Assembly (NCBI GenBank): GCA_950097015.1
Contig: CATNEN010000032.1
Span: 2,790,001-2,854,000 of the forward strand
Length of the DNA: 64,000 nt
Reading direction: 5' to 3'
From: Macrostomum hystrix
Taxonomy: Eukaryota > Animalia > Platyhelminthes
Numbering within the stretch: position 1 is the first letter of the stretch; every line of letters begins with the position of its first letter. Below are positions 24,070 to 36,289 of the stretch, in pieces. A model generated the notes under the pieces. That model was not told where the DNA came from. It worked only from the letters and a program-made list of their open reading frames with translations, and did not search any database. The position numbers and the translations under genes were made by a program.

Positions 24070-24710
24070 CTGATCTACTTTATATCTGCTAACTTTTTCA
24101 CTCCAAAAATTATCACGAGTATATCCCTGAGTTAATAAATACGTAAATTTAATTATCCTGCATGTTTTTGTTACCTCAGTGTAACATTGCTTCTTCATTG
24201 AAAATCTACGATTACTCAAGTTCGTAAAATGAAATGAAAATCTACCGTTTTAATTAATAGAAACCTGAAGCGTACACGGCGTATATACAAGGACTACTCA
24301 AGTAACTAGATAAATACTTGCTAGTAGCTAACCAGCTAACCAGCTAAACTTATACAGTCAAGCTGCAGCCAGTGAGGGGCCATCATTTCTATTCCGTTGA
24401 CCTCTGAGCACGCAATTGTACGGGTATGTGTATCTGCTATCTGCTTTGAATTTTTCATCATCATGCAGTGAACACTACAAGGACCACTAGTAGTTAGCCT
24501 ACTTTAGTAGGCGTTGGTACTTTTTCACTGTGCTCTGAGGGGTTGGCTCTCATGGGCGTGAATCGCGTGACAAGCGCCAAGTTTTCTCTCCGCGTCTCAA
24601 ATTAATGTCACCTCACCGTGGATAAGAGCTCACGCATGAACTTACGCCTAGATAATCAACAGTAGAAAGAACACGGGGCTATTTCAAATACCCACTGCCT
24701 ACTGCCTACT

Positions 24711-24855
24711 GCAGCTTGATTGGCTTAGCGTGAGGTGGGTGTCTTGAGGGGAGAAAAAGAAAGTGAAGGGTGAGCGGTGATTGGCTACAAACTTGACTAG
24801 GAGAGATTAATGTGGGGAGGACTGCATAAATCTCTGGACGGTACTGACCTTCCAA
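24711..24855 (-). repeat. About 145-bp dispersed repeat, copy B (inverted, downstream of the SLC1 stop)
   Basis: Reverse complement of 22943..23087 with a handful of differences. Confidence 0.9.
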
Positions 24856-25381
24856 ATCACGATAGCTCCCAAAATGACCCATTTTCGTCAAAGTGCACCA
24901 TATGGATAAAACTAGATTGTCATCAAGGACTACTAGACAATGAGTTTAGTATTACTTGAAAGTTTTCAGTAGGTATTAAACGAATTTACACGAGTTGAAG
25001 AAAGAAAACTAGACTAAGGGGGACTTTTAACATTTAACCGCCTCTACACGTATGGCATGCTGGGCGTTAAGAACCGGTGCGAGCTTTGGGACTGGAGCTT
25101 AAAGTACAAAGTCGGGTATTTAGCGTTCAGTCTGGGCTATTTTATCTGGCTGTGCCTGGCGATTAATTTGAGTGACAGCTGCCACTTGCCGATTGCTGAA
25201 ATAGAGAAGGAAAACTGTCCCGTAGGTCCAGGATACGATTATGAAAACTTCCTGCGGAAATCATTTTCCAAAATAATAATCAGCACTGTTTTGCAATGGA
25301 ATTGTCTGCTGTTCCGTTCTGTATCTGCTATTAGATAACGACCTGTGTAAAGAACTGTACAATGAATTTTATAAATCTGCA

Positions 25382-25448
25382 AGTAGTAGTACGAGCTAGT
25401 AGTAATAGTAGTAGTAGTACTAGTAGTAGTAGTAGTAGTAGTAATAGT
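25382..25448. repeat. Imperfect (TAG)n microsatellite
   Basis: Directly visible. Confidence 0.95.
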
Positions 25449-26811
25449 TGTTCTATGGAAATGCGCTCATGTTTGTGTACCCGCAACATTTTCAACGATC
25501 CCTGTTCAATTTGTTACGACCAAGCCGCATTCTACGAAGCATACTCGCGAGTGGTATGTAAATGCCTGCCATATGATTGTTGTGTTGTCATGCGGATCAA
25601 TACAAGCAACAAGCATTTGTGAATTGCCCAGTATCAAGTGAAAAGCTTTTTGCAGTTTACTGAGTGCTAGAATGCGTTTGACAATTATCCGTTTCCGAAT
25701 CCGAACATTTAGCAGCGATAATTTATAAATAGTAAAGAACAGCGAGTATCGAATGCGAGTTGATAAACTTCCGTTTAATTGCGCACTGCGAGATGCACAG
25801 AGGGTCACAAAATCAGCAGATATTTTCAGCGGCGAGGACCAAAATTAATTGCCAAAGGCCCTCCACATGTTCAGACTTGAGACTGTGCAATTAAGGATCT
25901 TTAGGAGCGCATTACAACCGCTTAAATACCGTCATAGGGCAACTTTAAAACCGCTTTGGGACCGTTTTGGGACCAAATAGCTCGTAGCACAAAATAAGTT
26001 ATGAAATTATAGCGTTCTAAATTAGCACAGTAAATAATAGCTATGAATTTGGCATAATCGGGAGTCAATGACTTCATTCTTTCCCAATCAGCGATCAGAA
26101 ATCGGACCTTTACCAACGAAACTTTGCTCAAATGCGGCACCTCAAGATCATCTCTGCCTTCTGAAACATTATTTTGCAACAGTTGTCGAATGTCAAGCTT
26201 TTTCATCCGAAATACACCTTTACCCAATAAAACGAAGACGAAAACTTTTTTGTTAGTTTTGCGTTCAGACAATCGTAAGCTGATGCCCTGTATGTTTCTT
26301 GCTTTCATGGTTTGTTCGAGTGCCATAACTGCAATTCCTTTTCTGAATACAAAGGGGGTCAGCGGGGTTTATTTTGAAGTAAAAAATCTAAATGCAAATA
26401 CCTGCCTTCGATCACTTGATTTGTATAATTTACTTTTGGGAATGAATGTCGAATTGAAGAGCCATGGTTTCTGCTCGATGAAACCAAATCGAAGAACAAA
26501 GTGCAAAATGATCACATAGGATATAGGACATCAGAGGATGACTTAGAGGATACAGGCTCGTGCGAGATCCGCAAATAGCAAATATTTGCGCAATCTCGCA
26601 ATGCTTGAAAAGTTCTATTTTGGCGCCATGTGCGGAAGCCAGGATGCATGGCGGCTTTGGAGATGAAACAAGCTTTTCAATTCAACTGGGAGCGGAGCCA
26701 TTCGTCATCCTCGTCCCGTCCACTGAACTTTGCTCCCCGACTTGCACTGTGAAGCGAAGATTTATTACTTTCGTTGCCAGGTCACCCGTGGAACCCATTT
26801 CTGTGCGCTCC

Positions 26812-29343
26812 AAATTCAAATGCAGAACCGATTAAACGCAAGCAAGTGCAGAAAATGTCACAAGAATTGTCGAATGGTCAACTGGCACGGCCCTTCGGCT
26901 CGCGTGGCCAATGGTAGAGCAAGTCCACTTCTAACCAAACCGAATTCGCAACAGCCATTGCGATAGTATAACCATACTTGATCAGGATCAGGATCAGAAT
27001 CACCCTAAAAGCTAGATTTTTATCTCAAGAATTATGTCTCCGTTGCTGCTCCTGTTGCTGCTGCTGCCATCAGTGGCTCCGCTGATTGCGCGCGATCGCC
27101 AGTACATCCTCGTATTGGACGCCGGCAGCACCGGAACTCGCATCAACGTGTTCGCGTTCCGCTCTGACCTCAACCACTCCACCGGGCTGCGCATCGAGAG
27201 CCTTGAGGAGGAGAAAGTCAACCCGGGCCTGTCCGCATTTGCGAACGCGCTGTCGCGCCTGCGCCAGAACCTCAAGCCGCTGTTGGACTTCGCCGCAGCT
27301 AAGGTGCCGGCAGAATACCACTCCCAGACTGCCGCCATTGTGCGGGCTACGGCCGGACTGCGTCTGCTGACACTCGACCAGCGAGATCGCGTCATCCGCG
27401 CTGTCGCCGAGGTTCTCCGCCGCTCCACCTTCAAAGTGCCAGACAGTGACCGGCGCGCGGTGCGCGTCATCAGCGGCCAGGAGGAGGCCGAGTACGGCTG
27501 GGTGGCCGTCAACTTTCTTATGGACTCCTTCGACAAGCCCGGCGGCGACACCTATGGCATGCTGGACTTGGGCGGTGGCTCCACGCAGATCACATTTGTA
27601 CCGAAGGCTGACGATACGGCCGACTCCTACCGAGTGGTGTTTAAAACGGTGCGCGGCAGGTCTTATTCTCTGCACGAGCACAGCTACCTGGGCTTGGGCA
27701 TGTCGCAGGCCTCTCTGTACATGTTCGGCCACAACAGCAGCGTGGAGGCTTCGCTGCCGTTGTACACGTCACCGTGTCTCAACCCGGACTTTCGCGCCGA
27801 ATTCAGCTTCGGCACCGTCTCGATCAACGTCTCCGGAGAGGCCGGAGTTGCCAGTTCCGATCGGCACCGGCTGTGCTCGGACATCGCCCGCATTCCGCTG
27901 CGCATTGTGCCAGTGCACCAGCCGCCGGGCGTCAAGGTCGCCAGATTCGTGGCTGTCAGCTCATTTTACTACACGGCTGCCACGCTGAGTAAAGGGGGCT
28001 ATTTGACAAACAGCATACCTGGCAATGCTAGGATTAGTGACCTGGCTTCGGCAGCTGAGAGGGTGTGCCTCAATCCTCCAGTGGTGGGAAAGTACGAGCC
28101 ATACCTGTGCATGAACACTCTGTACATTGTTACTCTGCTGCGCGAGGGCTACCGATTTGAGGCCAACCAGAGCCTTTTACTCACTGACAGCATCAGGGGC
28201 TACTCGGCCAGCTGGCCGCTGGGCATCGCCATTCATCAGCTGACCTGCCATGACCGCAACAGCCTGGCCTGCCTGGGCAGCTCCGCTCAGCCCAGTGTTT
28301 TGGCTGTCCAGCTGTTGCAGCCGGTGACGCTGCTGCTGTCGCTGGCGACGCTGCTACCCAGACTGTTCTGATTGGAGGGCAGATTTGCGCCATAAAATCA
28401 CTCTTCGGCTTTATTTAATGTGAAACCCATATTAGGCATAAAAACTAAACTCTTGTCAGCAAACATCAGACTCCTGGATTTTCCTACAAACACTTAAAAA
28501 CCAGAAAAATACTTTCGAACGACGACGAACGTCGAACGATGAACGTGAGTTTCGTAGCTTTAATGCAAAATTAAAGCATCATTAAGCAAATATAGAACTT
28601 AAAAACACAGACACTCTTTGAACTACTAAATCAGACTTTTGAACTTTTAGATTCATTTTTATTTCTGTTTTTATAATGAGATTTTCCTTCAGAATTTCCG
28701 GCAGAGAGACCTGACTTCATTTGCATTTTCCTACGGTCCAATGGTTCTGGAGTGAGCAGTTTTCAATTCGCCTGACAGATTCAGAGATTGCACAAGAATT
28801 CAATCAATCAACCAATCAGTGCATGACTTGATCAATTCATCAAGCCGGTCGATCTCCGAGGGATTTTAGACCCCAGCAGCTACTTTGGGTAAGTAAAAGT
28901 TCGACAGTAGGGGCCCGGCCGGACTTGCTACATCTGCTGCGAGATTTCCTTCGCATGAAGAGGAAAATGTCACGGACTTTCGGGTGCGGCAGCAGTTGCT
29001 ACCCAAGTCGGGTGAATGGGGAGATGCTGCAGGTCAGCTGTCTGGGCAACTGCGCGCTGTTGTGAACGGACACGGGTGCTGCGAATGTAAGACTGTAGAG
29101 GAATTCAGTCAAATAAAGTAGGATCTGGGGGTGGGGTCACAGTCACTTCTCTAGGACTACAGTCGAATCTGTATCATTTTGGAGGTTTTCAGCTTTTCAG
29201 CTATACCGAAGTTCAGTCTCCATGGAAAACTGCTTTCAATTAATCTACTGGCAACAATGTCAGCCACACGGTACCTCTACTTCGTCAAAGTCATCTTGCT
29301 TGCCTGTCTTTCCTGACTCGATCGCCAGTTCTTAAATTTCATT
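26812..29343 (+). repeat. Segmental duplication copy 1 (contains NTPDase); partner 42743..44970
   Basis: Colinear identity with offset 15931 from AAATTCAAATGCAG through the gene and its 3' flank. About 295 bp (28862-29156) is absent from copy 2. Confidence 0.93.
27034..28371 (+). CDS. GDA1/CD39-family nucleoside triphosphate diphosphohydrolase (apyrase), intronless, 445 aa; signal peptide and C-terminal hydrophobic (GPI-signal-like) tail
   Basis: ACR1 LDAGSTGTR, ACR2 ATAGLRLL, ACR3 ISGQEEAEYGW, ACR4 LDLGGGSTQITF, ACR5 WPLG. N-terminal poly-Leu. Ends GSSAQPSVLAVQLLQPVTLLLSLATLLPRLF. Confidence 0.96.
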   Translation: MSPLLLLLLLLPSVAPLIARDRQYILVLDAGSTGTRINVFAFRSDLNHSTGLRIESLEEEKVNPGLSAFANALSRLRQNLKPLLDFAAAKVPAEYHSQTAAIVRATAGLRLLTLDQRDRVIRAVAEVLRRSTFKVPDSDRRAVRVISGQEEAEYGWVAVNFLMDSFDKPGGDTYGMLDLGGGSTQITFVPKADDTADSYRVVFKTVRGRSYSLHEHSYLGLGMSQASLYMFGHNSSVEASLPLYTSPCLNPDFRAEFSFGTVSINVSGEAGVASSDRHRLCSDIARIPLRIVPVHQPPGVKVARFVAVSSFYYTAATLSKGGYLTNSIPGNARISDLASAAERVCLNPPVVGKYEPYLCMNTLYIVTLLREGYRFEANQSLLLTDSIRGYSASWPLGIAIHQLTCHDRNSLACLGSSAQPSVLAVQLLQPVTLLLSLATLLPRLF

Positions 29344-29452
29344 CTCTTTTTCAATTTTATATATATATATGACTTTTCATTTCATGACTTTTCATATATA
29401 TATATATGTCAATTCTTAGCGAGATGGAACACTTGAATGTTCTTAGCATTTG

Positions 29453-29590
29453 TTTCTCTCTTAAGTTAAGCCTCTAAATTAAGTCCTCTGGACCCTTAAT
29501 AAACGTGAGCTGTAGTAAGGCGCAGGTGGAGAGAGTTTTACTCAGCAGTCAAACCACACGACAACACTCTTGTGACTTCATTCAACTACA
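29453..29590 (+). repeat. BEL/Pao 5' LTR remnant (only the last ~138 bp)
   Basis: Matches the 3' part of 35930..36262 with several substitutions and a 7-bp indel; ends TTCAACTACA. Confidence 0.88.
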
Positions 29591-30038
29591 TGGCACCCGA
29601 ACTGTGAATTATTAACTTTGAGTCTTCAATTTGACAAACCGCGCTTTAAGCTACAGGACACCGGACCGGACTACCGCATAGATTCCTGCCTGAGGCTCAT
29701 CTGAACTTCTATCAACGTGGCATCTATTCATCGAGCTGCACGGCTTTGTTGAGTTGTTGAGACATTCACATTTTGTTTTCGTCATTGCTTGTTGCTTATC
29801 GCAAGGCAGTATATTTTAGCTGCTACAGTACCTTCTTTAGAGCCTCTATCGATAGTCACTTATCGCAAATATCTACTGTTAGCGCCTTTTCTGATTTTAA
29901 TCGGCGTTTTCTGTTGCACTGCGCACCGCTTCTGTTCCTCGACGTTCCTGTTTGCATGCCATCTGTTTCCTTCTTTGCTCTTTCCTTCGCCATCTAATCT
30001 TTCCTCGCTGTCTGTTTCTCTCTTGGACACAGTCTTCA

Positions 30039-33000
30039 ATGGAGGAGATAAAGAAGGACCGTGCTGTGCTGCGCCGTTCAGCGGCAATGTTAGTGGAGAG
30101 AGTTCAAGCAGTTCTGGACGGTGCTGAGAAGTCTGTTGACGAGTTGGTAGGCTTGATGCGGTTACTAAAGACAAAGAAGGCTGAGCTGGAGAAGCTGGAC
30201 AAACAACTCCTACGCGAGTTAGTCACGGAAGATGGAGAACCTGCGGACAAGCTACAAGAGGAGACGGAGAAGTGCGACGAGTATGCGCTAAAGCTAGAGA
30301 AGGCAGTGGCAGGCTTAGAACGAATTCGAGAGAGGAGATTGACTGTGTTGGCTAGCCCATCGGCTTCGTCTAGCTCTGGAACTTCAGAGAGTCCTGCTCA
30401 GATCGGGGCACAAGGGCGTGCGTGGACAGCCGATCGTAAATCACAATGCACCGTAAAACTGCCTAAGCTTAGTCTACCCACCTTCGATGGTAGTGACTCT
30501 ACACAATGGCCGAATTTCAGCTCACAATTCAATTCCTCAATTCATCAGAATGTGAATCTATCCGACGTTGAGAAGTTTGCTTATCTGCAAAGCTGTTTGA
30601 AAGGCGAAGCGAAACGATCGCATTGAGAACCATAAACTCACAGCTGGTGACTACCACAACGCCTGGGAGATGCTGGTAGACAGATACGGATCTACAGACC
30701 ATCTGGTTCAACACTTCATGAAGAAACTCGAGACGATTCGATGTGTGTCAGATTCCACAGCAGCTCTTCTAGCCTTCTTGGACACAGTGAGGTCCAGTGT
30801 TCGAGCACTCCAGACACTAGGTGTGAGCACGGATAATTACGAAGTGCTACTGCTGCCGAATTTAGAATCCAAGCTTCCCAATTATATCCGAGCAGATGTT
30901 GTGCGGTCGATGTTGACGAAAGCCTATAGAGGGAAGCATAACCTGGAAAGCTTCTTAGAAGCACTTGACAGCGAGATCAAGCTGCGAGAACGCTGCGCAC
31001 TGAGTTCAAGCAAGTCAGGTGATCCGTCTCGCCAGACACCGGAGATCCGAAGCTCAGTAGCTGGAACTCAAAAGAGTTTTACACTGCCCGGATCCGCCTC
31101 CATCATCGTTTGTCACACACCACCCGATAGCGAAGGAGCAGCATAAGGCTCCCAAGAATGCGCAAGCGAACACTGTGGCGTGCACGTACTGTCGACAGAG
31201 TCACTACTCCGAATCCTGCATGTTGGTACCTACTGCAAAAGAACGAATGGAGATACTGAAAAAGGAGAGACGGTGCTTCTGCTGCCTGCGCGCTAATCAC
31301 CCCGCCAGTCTGTGCAAATCGAAGAGAGCATGTCGCCACTGCGGAAAAATGCACCATCCGAGCATCTGTCTGGCACTTCACTCAGGTGATGGCGAAACCA
31401 CAATGAAAAGCAAAGCCAAGGCCGAATCTATTGTCCAAGAAAAAGCAACAGCTTCTCCAAACGGCGGTAACGCGACGGTGGCCGTGCCGTCCAATAATAC
31501 TACAGTTTCTACCGGCCAGTCGTTCGTTGTGCACGCCAATCCAGCCGTGATCATGCCGACTGCAAAGTGCATCATTGTGAGTTCTGATGGCAAAACCGAA
31601 GTGCTAGTACGTGCTTTATTCGACACCGCCAGCAATAAAACCTACATTAGACAAAACTTAAGCCGACAGTTAGGCTTCGTGGCAGAAGCAACAGAAGTGT
31701 TGCGCGTGAATACATTTGGATCAAGCAGCACCGAGTTTACATCGAGTACATAAAGTTTCGCATACGCCGCGCATTCGAATCCGACGGTGATTATGTCACT
31801 CTAAAAGGCTACACAACGCCTCGGATTTGCGAGCCGCAGGCATCCGTAAATCTAGATGCACATCCAGAACTTCAGCATCTTGATTTAGCCGATCCATTCG
31901 ATCTCCGAGATGCTAAAGAGCCTATCTCCATTCTAATCGGTGCGGACACCTTCTACGATCTGGTCAACGGTGACGTCGTTAGGACTGTGAGCGGTAAAGG
32001 ACCAGTCGCCGTAAAAATCAAACTCGGCTACCTAGTGAGCGGCAGATTGAGCATTTCGGACACGACCGGTGACTCTTCGATGGCATGCACTATGCACTGC
32101 GCTGGTGAATCCCTAATGATTGGGATGCTCAGAGAATCGGTGGAAAACGACGCGAACGAGCACAGCGCTGCGTCGTCACTAACGCGAGACTTTCCACCAA
32201 AGCTCGAATTTCGAAGTGGACGCTATTCTATCGGTCTACCATTCAAAGAGGGGTATCGAGAAGCCCTCTCCGACAATTTCAATCTAGCCTACCGACGTCT
32301 GAAGACAACAGCTGAAAAACTACGAAAGACTGGACATCTAGACGAGTACGACAAAATCCTGCAAAAACAACTCAGACAAGGGGTCATTGAGCCCGTGCCG
32401 AAAGATGAGGATCCGCAAACAATCAAGCACTACCTTTCTCATCTACCGGTTTTCAAGGAGGAAGCTCCACAGCACGACTTCGAATCGTGTTTGATGCAAG
32501 TGCAAAGACATCGATGGGCTATTCGCTAAACGAAGTACTTAATCAGGGACCATGTCGCCTACCATCGGTCTTCTCGCTACTGCTGCGGTTTAGGACTCAT
32601 CCGATTGCAGTGATCGCCGATGTCGAGAAAGCCTTCCTGCAAAAAAAATCCAAGAGCCGGACCGCGACGCGGTGCGCTTCTTGTGGCTAACACGGCCTGT
32701 CGAGAAAGAATCGAACGTTCTCATTCTACGTTATGTCCGTCTTGTGTTCGGCTTAGTGTGCAGCCGAGCAATCCTGCAAGAGGTGCTTCTGTATTACCTT
32801 CGAAACACGAAGCAAGCTTCATTCAAGATGCGCGAACAGCTGGCGCGCGATACGTACGTAGACAATCTGGTAACCGGAGCACCCTCCGTCAGCTCAGCGA
32901 TTGAAGTTTACGTGCGGACTCGAGCAATCTTCCAAGAAGCCTCCATGAACATGCGGGGATGGATTTTGAACTCTATGGAACTCAACGAAATGTTCAGCGC

Positions 33001-35414
33001 AGACGGTACGGGAGCTCAGCCCTCGACCACTGTCAAAGTACTCGGCATGCTGTGGAATCCTCATAAGGACACATTCGAACTCTCAATTCGCGATCATCCG
33101 ACAGTGAAACTCAAAGAAGAAGGAGTAGAACTTACGAAGCGAACGACACTGTCTGCCTTCTCCAAGACATTCGACCCTCTGGGGCTGCTCAGTCCACTTC
33201 TAACGCGACCAAGATTGCTGTTTCAACAAAGCTGCCGTCTGAACGTAGAATGGGACGCTGCGCTTCTAGAACCACTAAAGAGTCAATGGAGCGAGTGCCT
33301 CAATGAGTTGACAGACTGGACATGTCGCATCGATAGACCAGTTTCAGCTTTCAGTTCAGCCTCTAAAGATATCCATGGCTTCTGCGACGCCTCACAGGTA
33401 GCGTATGCCGCCTGCGTCTACCTACGATCTACGTCCGAATCAGGAGATGTTCGAGTATTCCTAGTGGCAGCCAAATCTCGCGTTGCACCAGTTGCAGAGA
33501 CTACGATTCCGCGGTTGGAGCTGATGGCAGCCAAGGAACTCGCTAAACTGATCCACGAGGTTCGAAGAGAGTTCCCCGAAGTCCCTGTGACCTGTTGGAG
33601 CGACAGTATGGACTCACTGTGGTGGATAAAATCAGTGCACAAAGTCTGCAAAGCTTTTATTGAGAACAGAGTAACGTTCATCCGAACGACAGTTCCACCG
33701 GAGCAATGGAGACACTGTCCCGGAAAGGACAACCCGGCGGACATTGCGACCCGACCAGTCGACCCGGGAGCATTTGATGGTCGATCAGCATGGTTTCGTG
33801 GGCCTTCGTGGCTGAAAACCAACTTTTCAACATGGCCCTCCAGCTAAAGTTCAATGATAAGTCGAGCAGCGAAAATGGCGTCTATGCAACGGTAACAAGC
33901 AATGCTCTCCTGAGTCAAAGTAGGCACATTGATAACATCATTGAGCTACAGAGGTTCAGCACACTGGAAAAGTTTCTCCGTGTCACTGCGTGGGTCCTCC
34001 GCGCAGTCCAAATGTTGAAATCTCGAACACGATTTCTGGCCAGTTCTCTTACCTCCGAGGAACTACAGGCAGCCGAACACCTCTGGGTTTGCTCTCTGCA
34101 GGCAGAGTCCTTTACTACTGAGATTAAATGCATCACGTATCAGACTGCTAAGACACCGTTGCATCAGAATCTGCGCTTGTTTATAGACCAGGATAACGTC
34201 CTACGCTGCACTGGACGTCTAGGAGAGTCCGATCTTTCGCCAGACCGTAAGTCACCTATTCTGTGCCCGACAGACGACAACTTTCAACGGCTGCTTTTCA
34301 GATATGCTCACAGAAAAGTAGCCCACGGAGGGGTAACGGCCACATTGGTACAGATTCGCGAGAAGTATTGGATGCTGAAGGCGCGACAGAAAAATCGGTG
34401 CTTAGACGGTGTAACATATGCATTAGGCTGCAAGGTTTGCCATACAAAGTTCGACAGCAGTCTCAGTTACCGTCTTTTCGAATCGAGTCGCTCAGAGCAT
34501 TTCAACACGTTGGCCTCGACTACTGCGGTCCACTACTCTACCGCAGGGGGGAGGGTGACGGCCAGCACAAAGCCTATATTCTGTTATTCGTGTGTACCAG
34601 TACCAGAGCAGTCCACCTTGAAGTGGTGTCAGACTTGACCACTCAGTCATTTCTACAAAGCCTTCGCCGTTTCTGTGCTCGCCGTGGAATACCCTCCAGT
34701 ATTTCCGACAACTTTAAGACGTTCCACGCTGCAGCGCGTCTGCTTGATACCCGACCAGCACCACTACAGACTACAGATGGTCAAGAGTTCCTGACAACCA
34801 AGAGAATCAGCTGGTCATTCATTCCAGAGAGAGCCCCATGGATGGGAGGGTTCTACGAGCGTCTAGTAGGCGTTGTGAAAGCAGCACTCAAGAAGACCAT
34901 TGGCAAGGCATTCCTGACTCTGGAAGAATTATCGACAGTGGCGTGTGAGATGGAAGCTGTTGTCAACTCACGCCCGCTGGGCTTTGTCGCGTCCGAAACT
35001 CATTCAGAAGTGATCACCCCGAGCCACTTTCTCGTGCTCAACCGGCCAACTAACGATCCAGAGGCTACTTCTGAGACGTTGACAATATTGCCACTGCCAG
35101 AGAGATTGAGGGGAGTTCGGCAGACACTCAACAAATTCTGGCGAGAATTCAAGAATGAATACGTCCTAGCTCTGCGCGAGCGCTCAATTAGAGAAAGTCG
35201 AACGTCTACTCGCGAAGTCATGGTCGGTGACGTTGTGTTGGTCATGGACTCCGGCGTGCCGAGGCTGCAGTGGAAGTTAGCTGTTGTGGAAGCGGTTCAC
35301 CATGGTCGAGATGGTTTGGCGAGATCATGTCTTCTCCGGTTAGCGAATCCACAGCGTCGTTTCTCATCTCATTTTCGTCGTCCGGTTGCATTGCTGGTTC
35401 CTCTTGAAGTCTAA
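30039..35414 (+). pseudogene. BEL/Pao gag-pol polyprotein, multiply frameshifted
   Basis: KLPKLSLPTFDG..EKFAYLQSCL; CTYC/CFCC/CRHC knuckles; RALFDTAS; FDASAK, ADVEKAFLQ, YVDN; HGFCDAS, PRLELMAA, NPADIATR; GLDYCGP, SDN, GGFYERLVG, NSRPL. The pieces lie in different frames (breaks near 30620, 31130, 31750, 32470, 32650, 33830, 34390). Confidence 0.93.
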
Positions 35415-35929
35415 GCGCGCGCCGTCTCGCTCTTTCTCGTCTTGTCTATCACGTTTTTTTGTTCTTTGTTCATTTCCCTCTAGTGCTTCTTTTCCTGCGT
35501 GCCGCTCTTTGTTTTTATTGGGAAGCTCAAGTTGGCGATCTTATATTCACGTCTATATTTATGTTTGTTGTTATTCTGGAAAAGGCTCTTTAAACCGTGA
35601 CTCAATATTGCTTTTCAGTTTTCAGTGTCCTTTTTCTTGAGAGCTAAAAGTTTTCTCTTTTGGTGTTGGTTATACAGTATCCTATTCCGTTGCGCCTTTT
35701 GGCTACACTATTATCTTGTTTTGTTTGTTCTGTGCACGAGTCCAAAACTTCGCGGCTTCGACTCCTCCTGCGTAGGCTTGTACTATTCCATTCACTTTGT
35801 CTTTAAGCTGATAATCTCTACGTATACTCCCGATGCTATGATTTCTCGAACAGTTACTTCACTCGCTCGTGTGCATTATCCCTTTCCTTTTTTGAGCCAG
35901 TGACTCGTGCATCGGTCACTGGCGGGGAG

Positions 35930-36262
35930 TGTGGCGGAAAGTGCAAATTTCGATGTCTGTATGCTACATTTACTTGTTATTTAATGTCTATTTTCTTCAC
36001 TAAATTCAGCTTGAATTCTCAGACCATTATCTAATGTACGCTTATGTTTTCTTCGCTGCACCGCTCTAACTTACGTGCATGGACTCGTCTCGCCTCCCCC
36101 CTCCCAATGTGCGTGCGATTTCTCTCTTAAGTTAAGCCTCTCAATTCAGTCCTCTGGACCCTTAATAAACGTGAGCTGTAGCTTAATAAAGGCGCAGGTG
36201 GAGAGATTTTTACTCAGCAGTCAAACCACGCGACAACACTGTTGTGACTTCATTCAACTACA
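35930..36262 (+). repeat. BEL/Pao 3' LTR (333 bp)
   Basis: TG..CA ends, immediately after the PPT, contains AATAAA. Confidence 0.9.
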
Positions 36263-36289
36263 GGGATAACATGATTTATAAACGGGCTT

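Larger units (their letters stand above)
29453..36262 (+). mobile_element. BEL/Pao LTR retrotransposon, decayed, 5' LTR truncated
   Basis: Gag(DUF1759)-3xCys/His-PR-RT-RH-IN order. PBS TGGCACCCGAAC (29591-29602, 11/12 match to the tRNA-Lys3 PBS TGGCGCCCGAAC). PPT GGCGGGGAG (35921-35929). 3' LTR at 35930-36262. Confidence 0.95.

Noticed and set aside
27034-28371. Bacterial origin or contamination for the intronless, GC-rich NTPDase
   Set aside because: It has a eukaryotic signal peptide and GPI-like tail, a base composition like neighbouring spliced exons, and is embedded in host repeats
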